A stretch of 64,000 nt of DNA. Source: Flavihumibacter sp. CACIAM 22H1. Its GTDB lineage: Bacteria; Bacteroidota; Bacteroidia; Chitinophagales; Chitinophagaceae. The stretch spans positions 46,590-110,589 of the forward strand of contig NZ_LUKG01000007.1 in the NCBI RefSeq assembly GCF_001601815.1, in the 5' to 3' direction. This document shows, one piece after another, positions 52,101-60,885 of this stretch; positions within the stretch are counted from its first letter, which is position 1, and each line of letters begins with the position of its first letter. A program made the translations under genes and the position numbers. Under the pieces are notes generated by a model that worked only from the letters and a program-made list of their open reading frames with translations, was not told the DNA's origin and did not search any database.

Positions 52101-52512
52101 CTCCGCCCGCTGCCCGGATGGTTCCTTTGACGCTTATACCTGCCTGTTCCAGAGAAGGATCTTTTTTTACCTGAGGCTTAACCAATATAAGGTCTTTCTC
52201 TACCCTGAATTCAAGGCCAGCCTGCTGACCAACCAACTGAAGTAATTCTCCCAGGGTACGATTTTTTTTCTCCAACCGGATTGGACCGGAAGACACCAGA
52301 TCAGCTTCGTTGTAGGAGAATTTGAGGTTGGTTTTTGAGCTGATCTGTTTAAAAACAGAACGAATATCAGCATCGGTAAATCCGATCTCAATTCGCTGGC
52401 TGGCTGCATTTCCCGTTTGCGCTGGCAAAATGCCGGGGAGCAGGCAAAAATACAAGAGCAGAGACAATACAAGGCCGTTACGCCACCTAACGGTGCGGTT
52501 CATTTTTTTCAT
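49132..52512 (-). CDS. susC: SusC/RagA TonB-dependent receptor with an N-terminal STN signalling domain
   Basis: 1126 aa. The STN-like segment is [32 protein letters not shown]. It also has a carboxypeptidase-like domain and a plug ([43 protein letters not shown]). The C-terminus is ..GLNLEF. Confidence 0.9.
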   Translation of the reverse strand: [1126 protein letters not shown]

Positions 52513-52534
52513 ATAGCAGTGTTATAGTTGGTTG

Positions 52535-53575
52535 TTACCTGGAAATTATTGTAAGCTGGTTCTCATTTATAGTGTAGGAAAGATTATTTACATAAGCGAT
52601 AGCTGTCATTACCTCCTTGAGTTCCTTGTTATCAAACTCCCCGTTAAAGCGAACAGGTTTGTGGGAGTTTTTCTTAAGTATTACTTCCATACCGTACCAG
52701 TATTGAAGGGTTTCTCTTATCTGTTCGAGTGATGCATTCCGAAAAATCAACCTGCCCTTTCGCCATGCAGCTTCCTGTTCCTGGTCAAAGTTGAGCAAGG
52801 AAACAGTTCCGGTTTTTCTTTCTGCACTGTATTGCATCCCCGGCAATAAGAAGCTGGCCGCTGCCGGCTTTGCGGCTGACGACAGTTTTATTTTTCCTTC
52901 GAGCAGTAAGGCCTGCAACCCGGGTTCAAATGCATACGCACGAACCTTAAAAACCGTTCCGAGTGCCGCAACTGTTGTTTGTTCAGCACGCACCAGAAAA
53001 GGTTTTTTCTTATTGGGAGCTACTTCAAACAAGGCTTCTCCCTCTAATTCAAGACTTCGGGTATGGAGGTTGTAATCCACCGGAATTTTCAGCCGGCTAT
53101 TGGAATTAAGAATAACGGAAGAACCATCGCTTAATTCAAGCATCTTCCTTTCCCCGTTTCCGGAATGAATGATTTCGTAAGCGAGCCTGGTATCGGAAAC
53201 AGGCGCTGAACTAAACCAGTTGCTAACCTGGTACCCGGCAAAAAAAAGCAGTACAGCGGCGGCAATACTAACTACCGACCTAACCATGGATTTACCGGAT
53301 GGCCTCCAGGCCTGCGGCAATTGCCTGTTTTGTTTTTCTAACTGAACAGCGGCTTTCAGCTTCTCCAACTCCAGTTGTTTTTCTTCCTTGGTAAGACGTA
53401 TACCCAGTGAAAACAAGAGCTTTTTCGCAGCCTCTATTTTCTTCTGCTGATCGGGGTATTGCTTTAGCCAGGTATCCCATTCTTCCACAGCCTGGTCATT
53501 GGTAGCCAGGCAGTAGTGTACAAAGGAATCCTCCAATAACAATTCTTCAATGGTGTAGTGATGGAACTTCGTCAT
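52535..53575 (-). CDS. FecR-family anti-sigma factor (intact)
   Basis: 346 aa with an N-terminal cytoplasmic region, a TM segment (VVSIAAAVLLFFAGYQV), a FecR domain (LELSDGSSVILNSNSRLK..LEGEALFEV) and a DUF4974-like C-terminus. Confidence 0.85.
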   Translation of the reverse strand: MTKFHHYTIEELLLEDSFVHYCLATNDQAVEEWDTWLKQYPDQQKKIEAAKKLLFSLGIRLTKEEKQLELEKLKAAVQLEKQNRQLPQAWRPSGKSMVRSVVSIAAAVLLFFAGYQVSNWFSSAPVSDTRLAYEIIHSGNGERKMLELSDGSSVILNSNSRLKIPVDYNLHTRSLELEGEALFEVAPNKKKPFLVRAEQTTVAALGTVFKVRAYAFEPGLQALLLEGKIKLSSAAKPAAASFLLPGMQYSAERKTGTVSLLNFDQEQEAAWRKGRLIFRNASLEQIRETLQYWYGMEVILKKNSHKPVRFNGEFDNKELKEVMTAIAYVNNLSYTINENQLTIISR

Positions 53576-53639
53576 GCTGTTAACTTAACTAAAGAGGAAT
53601 GGTGCTTGCAGTTTTTACCAAAGAATTGATAAGTTTTTT

Positions 53640-54320
53640 TTAAAATTTTATCGGCAGGCCGGCCAGGAGCAGAATAACCAGCAGGTCGGCATCTCCCAGC
53701 TCTGCCCTTAGCCGGTTAATGGCCGCATGAATGGTATTGTATACGGTTCTAACAGAGGTATTTGATTGCTCAGCAATTTCCTCGTAATTCATGTCCTCGA
53801 AAAAACGCTGTTGAATAAACTGGCGTTGTCGTTCGGAAAGACAGGCAAGCGCTTTTTTGATACGGATTTTCCTGCGTTCGTCTAATTCATGCCCGATCAA
53901 TGCGTCCTCAAAAGAGGCTTCCGATAAAAGCACCGGGCTGCCATCCTGCAATTGCAGCGGTCGGCCCTGTTCTTTACGCAGGGTTTGGAAAAGTTGACGT
54001 TTGAAGCAGATAAAAAGATACCCTTTTACATTTTCAACCTCGGGTAGCTGTGCGCGCCGGACCCAGAGATCCAGAAAAGTAGAATTAATGGCGGATTTAA
54101 CCAGGTGGGGGTCTTGTGAAGAAAGCATACCATACCGGTATAACCGGTCATATTCGTGGTTATACAGGGTATATAGGCCGGTTTCCTGATCCGACCTGAA
54201 ATCTATCCAGCATTGCTGGTAATCCGGAGATGGGGTATTAAGCAGTTCGTTTTTCATGCAGCAGGGATAGTCAAATATGGCGAATTCAGTCCAGAATCTG
54301 AATAATTCCTGATTTTTCAT
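53640..54320 (-). CDS. ECF-type RNA polymerase sigma factor (PUL3 regulator)
   Basis: 226-aa ORF; an alternative start at M22 (54257) would give 205 aa. The region 4 HTH is FFEDMNYEEIAEQSNTSVRTVYNTIHAAINRLR. Confidence 0.85.
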   Translation of the reverse strand: MKNQELFRFWTEFAIFDYPCCMKNELLNTPSPDYQQCWIDFRSDQETGLYTLYNHEYDRLYRYGMLSSQDPHLVKSAINSTFLDLWVRRAQLPEVENVKGYLFICFKRQLFQTLRKEQGRPLQLQDGSPVLLSEASFEDALIGHELDERRKIRIKKALACLSERQRQFIQQRFFEDMNYEEIAEQSNTSVRTVYNTIHAAINRLRAELGDADLLVILLLAGLPIKF

Positions 54321-54321
54321 A

Positions 54322-54363
54322 GCTTGTCAGAAACTACCCCCTAAGCTGTCAGAACTGCCCCCC
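54322..54363. repeat. imperfect direct repeat (about 20 nt x 2) at or just upstream of the ECF sigma gene start
   Basis: The two units are gcttgtcagaaactaccccc and gctgtcagaactgcccccc, offset by about 23 nt. They match at 17 of 20 positions with two 1-nt gaps. Confidence 0.5.
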
Positions 54364-54431
54364 GGCAATCAATTATTTTCCGCGCATCTTTGTTCTGTTA
54401 ACCTTACTTATTTAATCAAAAATAGTATCAG

Positions 54432-54881
54432 ATGTCAAGTAATCAAGTTCAATTACACCGGGTATTGGCAGCTCCGCCAGAAAAAGTTTTTAAGGCATTT
54501 ACTAGTCCCGAGGCGTATGCTGCCTGGCTGCCACCTTATGGTTTCCTGGCCAAAGTGCACCATATGGAATTTAAAACAGGAGGTTCGTATAAAATGTCCT
54601 TTATCAATTTCAGTACCGGTAATGGTCATTCTTTTGGTGGAGAATATCTGGAAATAACAGAAAATGAACTGATCAAACATTCCGACCGCTTTGATGATCC
54701 TAACATGCCTGGGGAAATGATAGTTACGATCCGGTTTAAAAAAGTGATCTGTGGTACAGAATTGACCATTTCGCAAACGGGTATCCCCGAAATGATACCT
54801 GCGGAAATGTGTTACCTCGGCTGGCAGGAGTCACTGGACAAGTTGAAAAGACTGGTAGAACCAACAATACCGGATGCATAA
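54432..54881 (+). CDS. SRPBCC/AHSA1-like (activator of Hsp90 ATPase homologue) domain protein
   Basis: 149 aa with LHRVLAAPPEKVFKAFTSPEAYAAWLPPYGF..GGSYKMSF. Confidence 0.75.
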   Translation: MSSNQVQLHRVLAAPPEKVFKAFTSPEAYAAWLPPYGFLAKVHHMEFKTGGSYKMSFINFSTGNGHSFGGEYLEITENELIKHSDRFDDPNMPGEMIVTIRFKKVICGTELTISQTGIPEMIPAEMCYLGWQESLDKLKRLVEPTIPDA

Positions 54882-54893
54882 TCCATTGCCGCT

Positions 54894-54945
54894 CTTCTAA
54901 AAAACAATCCCATGCAAGATCTTGCATGGGATTGTTTTTTAGAAG
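54894..54945. terminator. perfect 52-nt palindrome, probably a bidirectional intrinsic terminator between convergent genes
   Basis: The sequence is cttctaaaaaacaatcccatgcaag|cttgcatgggattgttttttagaag. The arms are exact reverse complements. There is an A6 run on the left and a T6 run on the right, so either strand gives a hairpin followed by a U-run. It lies between the stop codons at 54881 (+) and 54953 (-). Confidence 0.7.
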
Positions 54946-54952
54946 CGTACTA

Positions 54953-56611
54953 TTATCGTTTATTAAGTAGTTCCACCAGGGGCTGGCCGATATTTCCATT
55001 CGGTTCCTGTACATGTAATAAAGCAGCAACAGTTGGCGCAATATCGGTCATATGTACTACCCGATTAGAGGCACCCGCTTTCACACCCCAACCCATAAAC
55101 AGTAAAGGAATATGGGAATCATACGGATGCCAGTTGCCATGTGTGGTTCCTTTTGACCTGGGTCCGCCACTGTATAACTGGGGATCCAGTACAAATTGGA
55201 TAGCTCCCCCTCTTTTATAATTATAGCCATTTATGATCCGCTCTCTCAGGAGTTGCGGAATAGCTGCTGTTGCCGCATTTGCCATTGGCGTAACAAAGGA
55301 AATACCCTCCAGTTTTTGCAGGTAAGGAACTGCCAGCTCAATTAGTTCTTTTTCGCTGATTGATTTTTCCTGGATCCGTTTGTAGTTGAAATGAACCTGG
55401 TAGTTGGCTAAACTAATTACCAGGGAGTCAACGCCTGTTCTGGCTTTAAGTAGTGCATTCAGCCCCTTTTCCGCCGCATCTGAATTAAAATACCCGGCAC
55501 TTCCTTTCCGATCGATCAGGAACTGCGGGTTATGCGCCGCCCCATGGTCGGCACTCAGGAAAACTGTATACTGCCCTTTTCCAACGGCCTGGTCTAGATA
55601 GTTGAAAAAATTTGCCAGGTCCTTATCCAGCCGTAAATAGTTGTCTTCAATTTCAATAGCATTCAATGCAAACTGGTGGCCGATATAATCCGGCGACGAC
55701 AAGCTAATGGCAAGAAAATCTGTTGCACCGGTATTGTTTTTTCCCAGCGCTTCTTTCTTCATTGCCTCCATAGCAAAATTGAGCGTTACGGTATTACCGT
55801 AGGGGGTGGAGCGCAACAAACCTAATCCGTTTTCCTTCATCAGCCTGGAAGTATACACCGGCATTACCGGCGCATCGGTACCCCTGAACTTATTCTCGTA
55901 CTCATTATTATCAGCTATACTTTGGCCATAGGTACTGATGGGGTAAAGGGTGTGCCAATCCTTACTCAGGAATTGCTCCGGTTGCCGGAGCGCATTGAAC
56001 TGATTCACCCATGCCGGTAATTCTTTCAGGTAAAAAGTACTGGAAATAAAATTACCTGTTTCTCCATCGTACCAATAGGAAGCATTGGCAAAATGACCAC
56101 CCGGCAGAATAGACGACCGGTCCTTCAATGCAATGCTGATCACTTTTGATTTGAAATTGGTAGCCAGTCGCAGTTCGTCAGTAATGGTGCTGGTTAATAA
56201 ATTCCGGGGCGACATTTTTCCGCTGCTATTGGAAGCACCTACCGTAGCCACCGATGCATCACTGGTACAATAGGTTTCCTCCCCAGTTGCCTGTGTTACC
56301 CAGTCATTGCCTGCAATGCCATGAATGGCCGGTACAGAACCCGTGTAAATAGTAGTATGCCCAATGGCAGTATAGGTAGGTATATAATTTATATAGGTAT
56401 TTTCAAAAGAAAATCCTTCTTTTAGCATACGTTTGAAACCTCCGTTGCCATACCGGTCATAATACCGGTAAAGGTAATCGTAGCGCATTTGGTCTACCAC
56501 AATACCCACCACCAGTTTAGGACGTGGCAGTTTTTCCTGAACTGCTTGTGCAAAACCTTTAGACGTACTGAGAACCAGTAGGAGATACGAGAAATATTTA
56601 AATTTTTTCAT
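54953..56611 (-). CDS. PafA-like alkaline phosphatase (nucleotide pyrophosphatase/phosphodiesterase superfamily)
   Basis: 552 aa with a signal peptide. The start VVGIVVDQMRYDYLYRYYDRYGNGGFKRMLKEGFSF..PTYTAIGHTTIYTG has the nucleophile Thr in its usual context. SADHG and GTTHG metal-site motifs follow. Confidence 0.8.
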   Translation of the reverse strand: MKKFKYFSYLLLVLSTSKGFAQAVQEKLPRPKLVVGIVVDQMRYDYLYRYYDRYGNGGFKRMLKEGFSFENTYINYIPTYTAIGHTTIYTGSVPAIHGIAGNDWVTQATGEETYCTSDASVATVGASNSSGKMSPRNLLTSTITDELRLATNFKSKVISIALKDRSSILPGGHFANASYWYDGETGNFISSTFYLKELPAWVNQFNALRQPEQFLSKDWHTLYPISTYGQSIADNNEYENKFRGTDAPVMPVYTSRLMKENGLGLLRSTPYGNTVTLNFAMEAMKKEALGKNNTGATDFLAISLSSPDYIGHQFALNAIEIEDNYLRLDKDLANFFNYLDQAVGKGQYTVFLSADHGAAHNPQFLIDRKGSAGYFNSDAAEKGLNALLKARTGVDSLVISLANYQVHFNYKRIQEKSISEKELIELAVPYLQKLEGISFVTPMANAATAAIPQLLRERIINGYNYKRGGAIQFVLDPQLYSGGPRSKGTTHGNWHPYDSHIPLLFMGWGVKAGASNRVVHMTDIAPTVAALLHVQEPNGNIGQPLVELLNKR

Positions 56612-56696
56612 ATAAATAAAATTGAACGACTATTCAATTAAGGAGTCAAAATAAGAAATATTCCATCGCATCCTGTTCTAAATTTTAAATTGCGGT

Positions 56697-59579
56697 ATGG
56701 ATTCAATACAGGATCTTTCTGCTTTATTAGTACCTATCGAGGAATTACCCTGCCTGTCGCAAAACAGCCATCACCAGCGAATTGTAGTACTGAAGCAATT
56801 CCGTTTTCATAAATCACTCTGTATTGAGCTCTATGATGCACCTGTTACTAAAGCTGGAAAAATCCGCAACCCGCTTATACCGGTAAGCGCAACCGATGCT
56901 TCTTTGCAAACAGGCACGGAGGTAGATGCTGTACGTTTCTATGCTGCCATTAGCCGTTTTCAATTAACTCCTTCCAACGAATTGTCGGCTGCCGACCTGC
57001 GCGGACTTAAATTGATTATTAAAAACCCGTTACAGCTGCGTTTTTTCTATCATAATCCTGAATTTTCTGAAAATGTAAGTGCGGGTTCATTGGAAGAAGT
57101 ACAGGTTGGTAATATATTGGAAGACTTTCACCTCTTACTTTATAAATCGGCAGGTTCTTTGCGGCTTATTCCGGAAATAATACTGGAAAAACAACCTTTC
57201 CATCCGAAGGACATACCCTTCAAATACGGCATTTTCCTGCTGCACCAAAACCAGCTCTGGCTGCCTTCTAACCGTACTATTATCAAATTACTCCAGTTTT
57301 TCAGAACCCGTCCGCAGTTGCAGTTCCATGAATCGCAGTGGGCCCTGTTGCAAGAAAAAATAGTGTCCAAACTGGAAGAAAAAATCAGGATCATTCGCCA
57401 TGATATTGATCCTGCGGATACGCAGGAACTGGTTGACGCAGGCTGGCATGGGGCGCAGGAAAAACTGATCTACCTTTCTGACCTGGGGCAATATATAACT
57501 ATACAACCCATGGTGCGATACGGCAATACAGAATTACCGCTTCGCAGTAAAAAAATGGTTTACCTGCCCGGCTCAAAAGGCAGGTTGCTGGCTATTCACC
57601 GGAACGAAGCCAGTGAAAAAGCCTTCCTCTCCCTGCTCCTGAAACAACACCCTCATTTTTTGGAACAACTGGAAGAGGAACTGCCTTATTTCTATCTTCA
57701 CCGCGACAGGTTTTTGGACGAAGACTGGTTTCTGAATGTTTTTGACCAATGGAGAAGGGCCGGCATTACTATTTTTGGTTTTAACCAGTTGAAAGACAAT
57801 AAAAAAAATGCGCATAAAGCGACCATTTCTGTGCAGGTAGTTTCCGGGCTAAACTGGTTTAATGTAAAACTAAAAGCACAATTCGGAGAACAGACCGCCT
57901 CCTTGCAGGAGCTGCAAAAAGCTATCCGGAATAAACGAAACTATGTACAGTTGGATGATGGAAGTTTGGGGCTTTTACCCAATGAGTGGATAGACCGAAT
58001 GTCGAAATTTTTCTTTGGTGCAGCTGTTATGGGGGAGGACCTGGTGATTCCGGGCACGCAGTTTGAAGCAATCGATCAACTGTTCTCAGAAGAGGAGATA
58101 GAGCCGGCAACCCTTGAAAAGATTAACAACTACCGGAAACGACTAACCGATATCAGGGCAATTGAAAAAGCAACCGTACCTGAAACACTTCAAACAGCAT
58201 TAAGACCCTATCAGCAGCAAGGCTTAAGCTGGCTGTATTTTCTGCATCAGCAGCAGTTTGGAGCTGTACTGGCCGATGATATGGGGTTGGGAAAAACCGT
58301 TCAGGTTATTGCATTTTTATTACTGCTACAAGAAAAAAGCTGGAAGCAGCCGCACCTGCTGGTGGTGCCAACCTCCCTGCTCTTTAACTGGCAGGTAGAG
58401 CTGCAGCGTTTTGCGCCGTCTCTTTCTACTTTAACACTGCATGGTGCTAACCGCCCTAAAACCACCGCCGATTTTGACAACTACCACCTGGTATTGATTT
58501 CTTATGGTACCCTGTTAACAGATATCAGTCACTTGCGCCGGTTTGAATTTGGTTATATAATACTGGATGAATCGCAGCAAATTAAAAACCCCGATTCTCA
58601 GCGCTACCAGGCAGTACAGATGTTGCGTTCCTATAACCGGTTAGCAATTACCGGCACCCCGTTTGAAAACAACACGATGGATTTATTTGCACAGTTTTCC
58701 TTTGCCTGCCCGGGTTTGCTAGGGTCAAAAAAATACTTCCAGGATATTTATTCAATTCCCATCGACCGGTATGAAAATCGAAAAAGGATGGAGGAATTAC
58801 AGCAGAAAACAGCTGCATTCCTTCTCCGGCGTACCAAAGATGAAGTATTGCAGGAGCTCCCGGACAAAATAGAACAAGTGCTTTATTGCCCGATGGGAGA
58901 AGCTCAACGTGCTGTTTATGACCGATATGAAAAAGAATTGAGGGATTACCTGGAAGACAAAATGGAAGACGAGATCCTCCGCAATTCCATGCATGTTCTA
59001 CGAGGCCTTACCCAATTAAGGCAGATCTGTGATGATCCGGGCCTATTAGAGGCCGATTACCTGCAGGGCGAAGGCTCTTCTAAATTGGATACATTGGTGG
59101 AACAGCTCCAAATTAAATCTCCGCATCATAAAATCCTGGTATTTTCTCAGTTTGTATCGATGCTGGACCTGTTATCCGAGCGACTGAATAAAATGGGCAT
59201 TTTGTTTGAAACCCTGACAGGTGCTACCCGTAATCGCCAGGCAGTTGTAGACCGCTTTCAGCAAGACCCCTCCGTGCGGGTATTTCTCCTCAGTCTTAAA
59301 GCTGGAGGCGTGGGACTTAACCTTACTGCAGCCAGTTATGTATACCTGGTTGACCCCTGGTGGAATCCATCGGTAGAAGATCAGGCAATAGACCGCGCCT
59401 ACCGCATCGGACAACATCGAAATGTGCAGGCCATACGGCTTATTTGCCCCGGTACAGTGGAAGAAAAAATGCAAAAGCTACAAAAAAACAAAAAAGAGCG
59501 TTCTGCCGGGCTGGTACAAAGCGGCAATGCATTCTTTAACGCTATGACCAAAGAAGACTGGAAAACATTACTAGGTTAA
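56697..59579 (+). CDS. SNF2-family DEAD/DEAH-box helicase with an N-terminal SNF2-associated region
   Basis: 960 aa. Motif I is LADDMGLGKTVQ and motif II is ILDESQQIKNP. The C-terminal helicase block is LSLKAGGVGLNLTAASYVYLVDPWWNPSVEDQAIDRAYRIGQ. Confidence 0.85.
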   Translation: MDSIQDLSALLVPIEELPCLSQNSHHQRIVVLKQFRFHKSLCIELYDAPVTKAGKIRNPLIPVSATDASLQTGTEVDAVRFYAAISRFQLTPSNELSAADLRGLKLIIKNPLQLRFFYHNPEFSENVSAGSLEEVQVGNILEDFHLLLYKSAGSLRLIPEIILEKQPFHPKDIPFKYGIFLLHQNQLWLPSNRTIIKLLQFFRTRPQLQFHESQWALLQEKIVSKLEEKIRIIRHDIDPADTQELVDAGWHGAQEKLIYLSDLGQYITIQPMVRYGNTELPLRSKKMVYLPGSKGRLLAIHRNEASEKAFLSLLLKQHPHFLEQLEEELPYFYLHRDRFLDEDWFLNVFDQWRRAGITIFGFNQLKDNKKNAHKATISVQVVSGLNWFNVKLKAQFGEQTASLQELQKAIRNKRNYVQLDDGSLGLLPNEWIDRMSKFFFGAAVMGEDLVIPGTQFEAIDQLFSEEEIEPATLEKINNYRKRLTDIRAIEKATVPETLQTALRPYQQQGLSWLYFLHQQQFGAVLADDMGLGKTVQVIAFLLLLQEKSWKQPHLLVVPTSLLFNWQVELQRFAPSLSTLTLHGANRPKTTADFDNYHLVLISYGTLLTDISHLRRFEFGYIILDESQQIKNPDSQRYQAVQMLRSYNRLAITGTPFENNTMDLFAQFSFACPGLLGSKKYFQDIYSIPIDRYENRKRMEELQQKTAAFLLRRTKDEVLQELPDKIEQVLYCPMGEAQRAVYDRYEKELRDYLEDKMEDEILRNSMHVLRGLTQLRQICDDPGLLEADYLQGEGSSKLDTLVEQLQIKSPHHKILVFSQFVSMLDLLSERLNKMGILFETLTGATRNRQAVVDRFQQDPSVRVFLLSLKAGGVGLNLTAASYVYLVDPWWNPSVEDQAIDRAYRIGQHRNVQAIRLICPGTVEEKMQKLQKNKKERSAGLVQSGNAFFNAMTKEDWKTLLG

Positions 59580-59740
59580 ACTACCAACGCCGGCAGCTCC
59601 CAAAAAAGGCCTTCTCCTTTCAGTTTGTATCAAATAATCGTCAATATGTATCAAAGCGCAAATCGGAATTGCTTAGAAATTATCTTCATTGCTCGATTAT
59701 CGACTGCACTTACCTGCTGCCATTTGAAAAAAAATTAACC

Positions 59741-60823
59741 ATGTTAAAATCGCTTCTTAGTCTGCTTTCGTTTTTTCTGCTTTTCAACGGTATTGCACAG
59801 AAAAAAACAGGCGCTCAAAATCCCATTGATGTAAAGTTCGGGGATCCGTATATTTTAAAAACCACAGCTGGCAAATATTATATGTATGGAACGGGAGCCG
59901 GTGCTAAAGATGGCTTTTCAGCTTATTCTTCCGACGACCTCAAAACCTGGAAACCAGAAGGGCAGGTTTATTACAATACCAATAAAAATGGTTGGGGCAT
60001 TCATTCTTTTTGGGCACCGGAAGTATATGAGCGGAATGGAAAATTTTACCTGTTCTACAGTGCACAATGGAGCGTAAATCCTACGAACGAAGAAGAAAAT
60101 TTTAAAATCGGCGTGGCGGTATCGGAGAAGCCAACCGGGCCATTCACAGACCTCAGGAAGGAACCCATTTTTGACCCGGGATACCCGATCATTGATGCCA
60201 ATGTTTTATTTGCGGAAAATGGAAAGGTTTACCTGTATTATTCCCGCTGTTGTTATAAACATGCCGTAGAATCAGAAGTAGCCGGCTGGGCCCGAAAAAA
60301 AGGGTGGTTCCAGGAAATTGAGGAAAGTTGGGTATATGGTGTAGAAATCAAACCCGATTTCAGTGGCACTATAGGAGAACCTGTACTTCTGCTTCGCCCG
60401 CCTGTAAAAATGGATGATCCGCAGGCCGCCTGGGAAAGTTTATCGGTTACCAGCAGGGAGGTAAACCGCCGCTGGACAGAAGGTTCCTTTATATTCAAGC
60501 GCAACGACACTTATTACATGATGTATTCTGCCAATTATTTCGGAGGCAAGAATTATGCGGTTGGTTATGCAACTTCCCAGCATCCGCTTGGTCCGTTTAC
60601 CAAAGCAGCCAATAACCCGGTATTGGCAAAAAATACCGATAGCGGTGGAATTGTAACTGGTACCGGACACAATAGCATCACCTATTCGCCCGATGGCAAA
60701 ACCATGCTTTGCGTATACCATGGACGCACCAGTGCTACAGGCGAAGAACGGGTAGTGTTCATCGACAAAATGGAAATCTCCCAGGAAGGTGTACTGAAGG
60801 TATACGGCCCAACCACTAAATAA
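59741..60823 (+). CDS. glycoside hydrolase family 43 protein
   Basis: The start is set at MLKSLLSLLSFFLLFNGIAQ (signal peptide). Motifs include GDPYILKTTAGKYYMYGT, FWAPEVYERNGKFYLFYSA, TEGSFIFKRNDTYYMMYS and GTGHNS. Confidence 0.8.
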   Translation: MLKSLLSLLSFFLLFNGIAQKKTGAQNPIDVKFGDPYILKTTAGKYYMYGTGAGAKDGFSAYSSDDLKTWKPEGQVYYNTNKNGWGIHSFWAPEVYERNGKFYLFYSAQWSVNPTNEEENFKIGVAVSEKPTGPFTDLRKEPIFDPGYPIIDANVLFAENGKVYLYYSRCCYKHAVESEVAGWARKKGWFQEIEESWVYGVEIKPDFSGTIGEPVLLLRPPVKMDDPQAAWESLSVTSREVNRRWTEGSFIFKRNDTYYMMYSANYFGGKNYAVGYATSQHPLGPFTKAANNPVLAKNTDSGGIVTGTGHNSITYSPDGKTMLCVYHGRTSATGEERVVFIDKMEISQEGVLKVYGPTTK

Positions 60824-60836
60824 GCCTCAGCCTTGG

Positions 60837-60866
60837 TATAGCACCCGATGGGTGGTATAATTTTTT
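60837..60866 (+). terminator. intrinsic terminator downstream of the GH43 gene
   Basis: The stem is tatagcaccc-gat-gggtggtata, 10 bp with one mismatch. It is followed by A then T6. Confidence 0.5.
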
Positions 60867-60885
60867 AACCGCATCTTGTAAAAAG

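Noticed and set aside
56697-59579. SNF2 helicase as the core of a phage-defence system (DISARM/BREX-like)
   Set aside because: No partner genes are adjacent (methyltransferase, nuclease, PLD or DUF1998). The neighbours are a phosphatase and a GH43. The N-terminal half looks like the common SNF2-associated region of housekeeping YwqA/RapA-like helicases.
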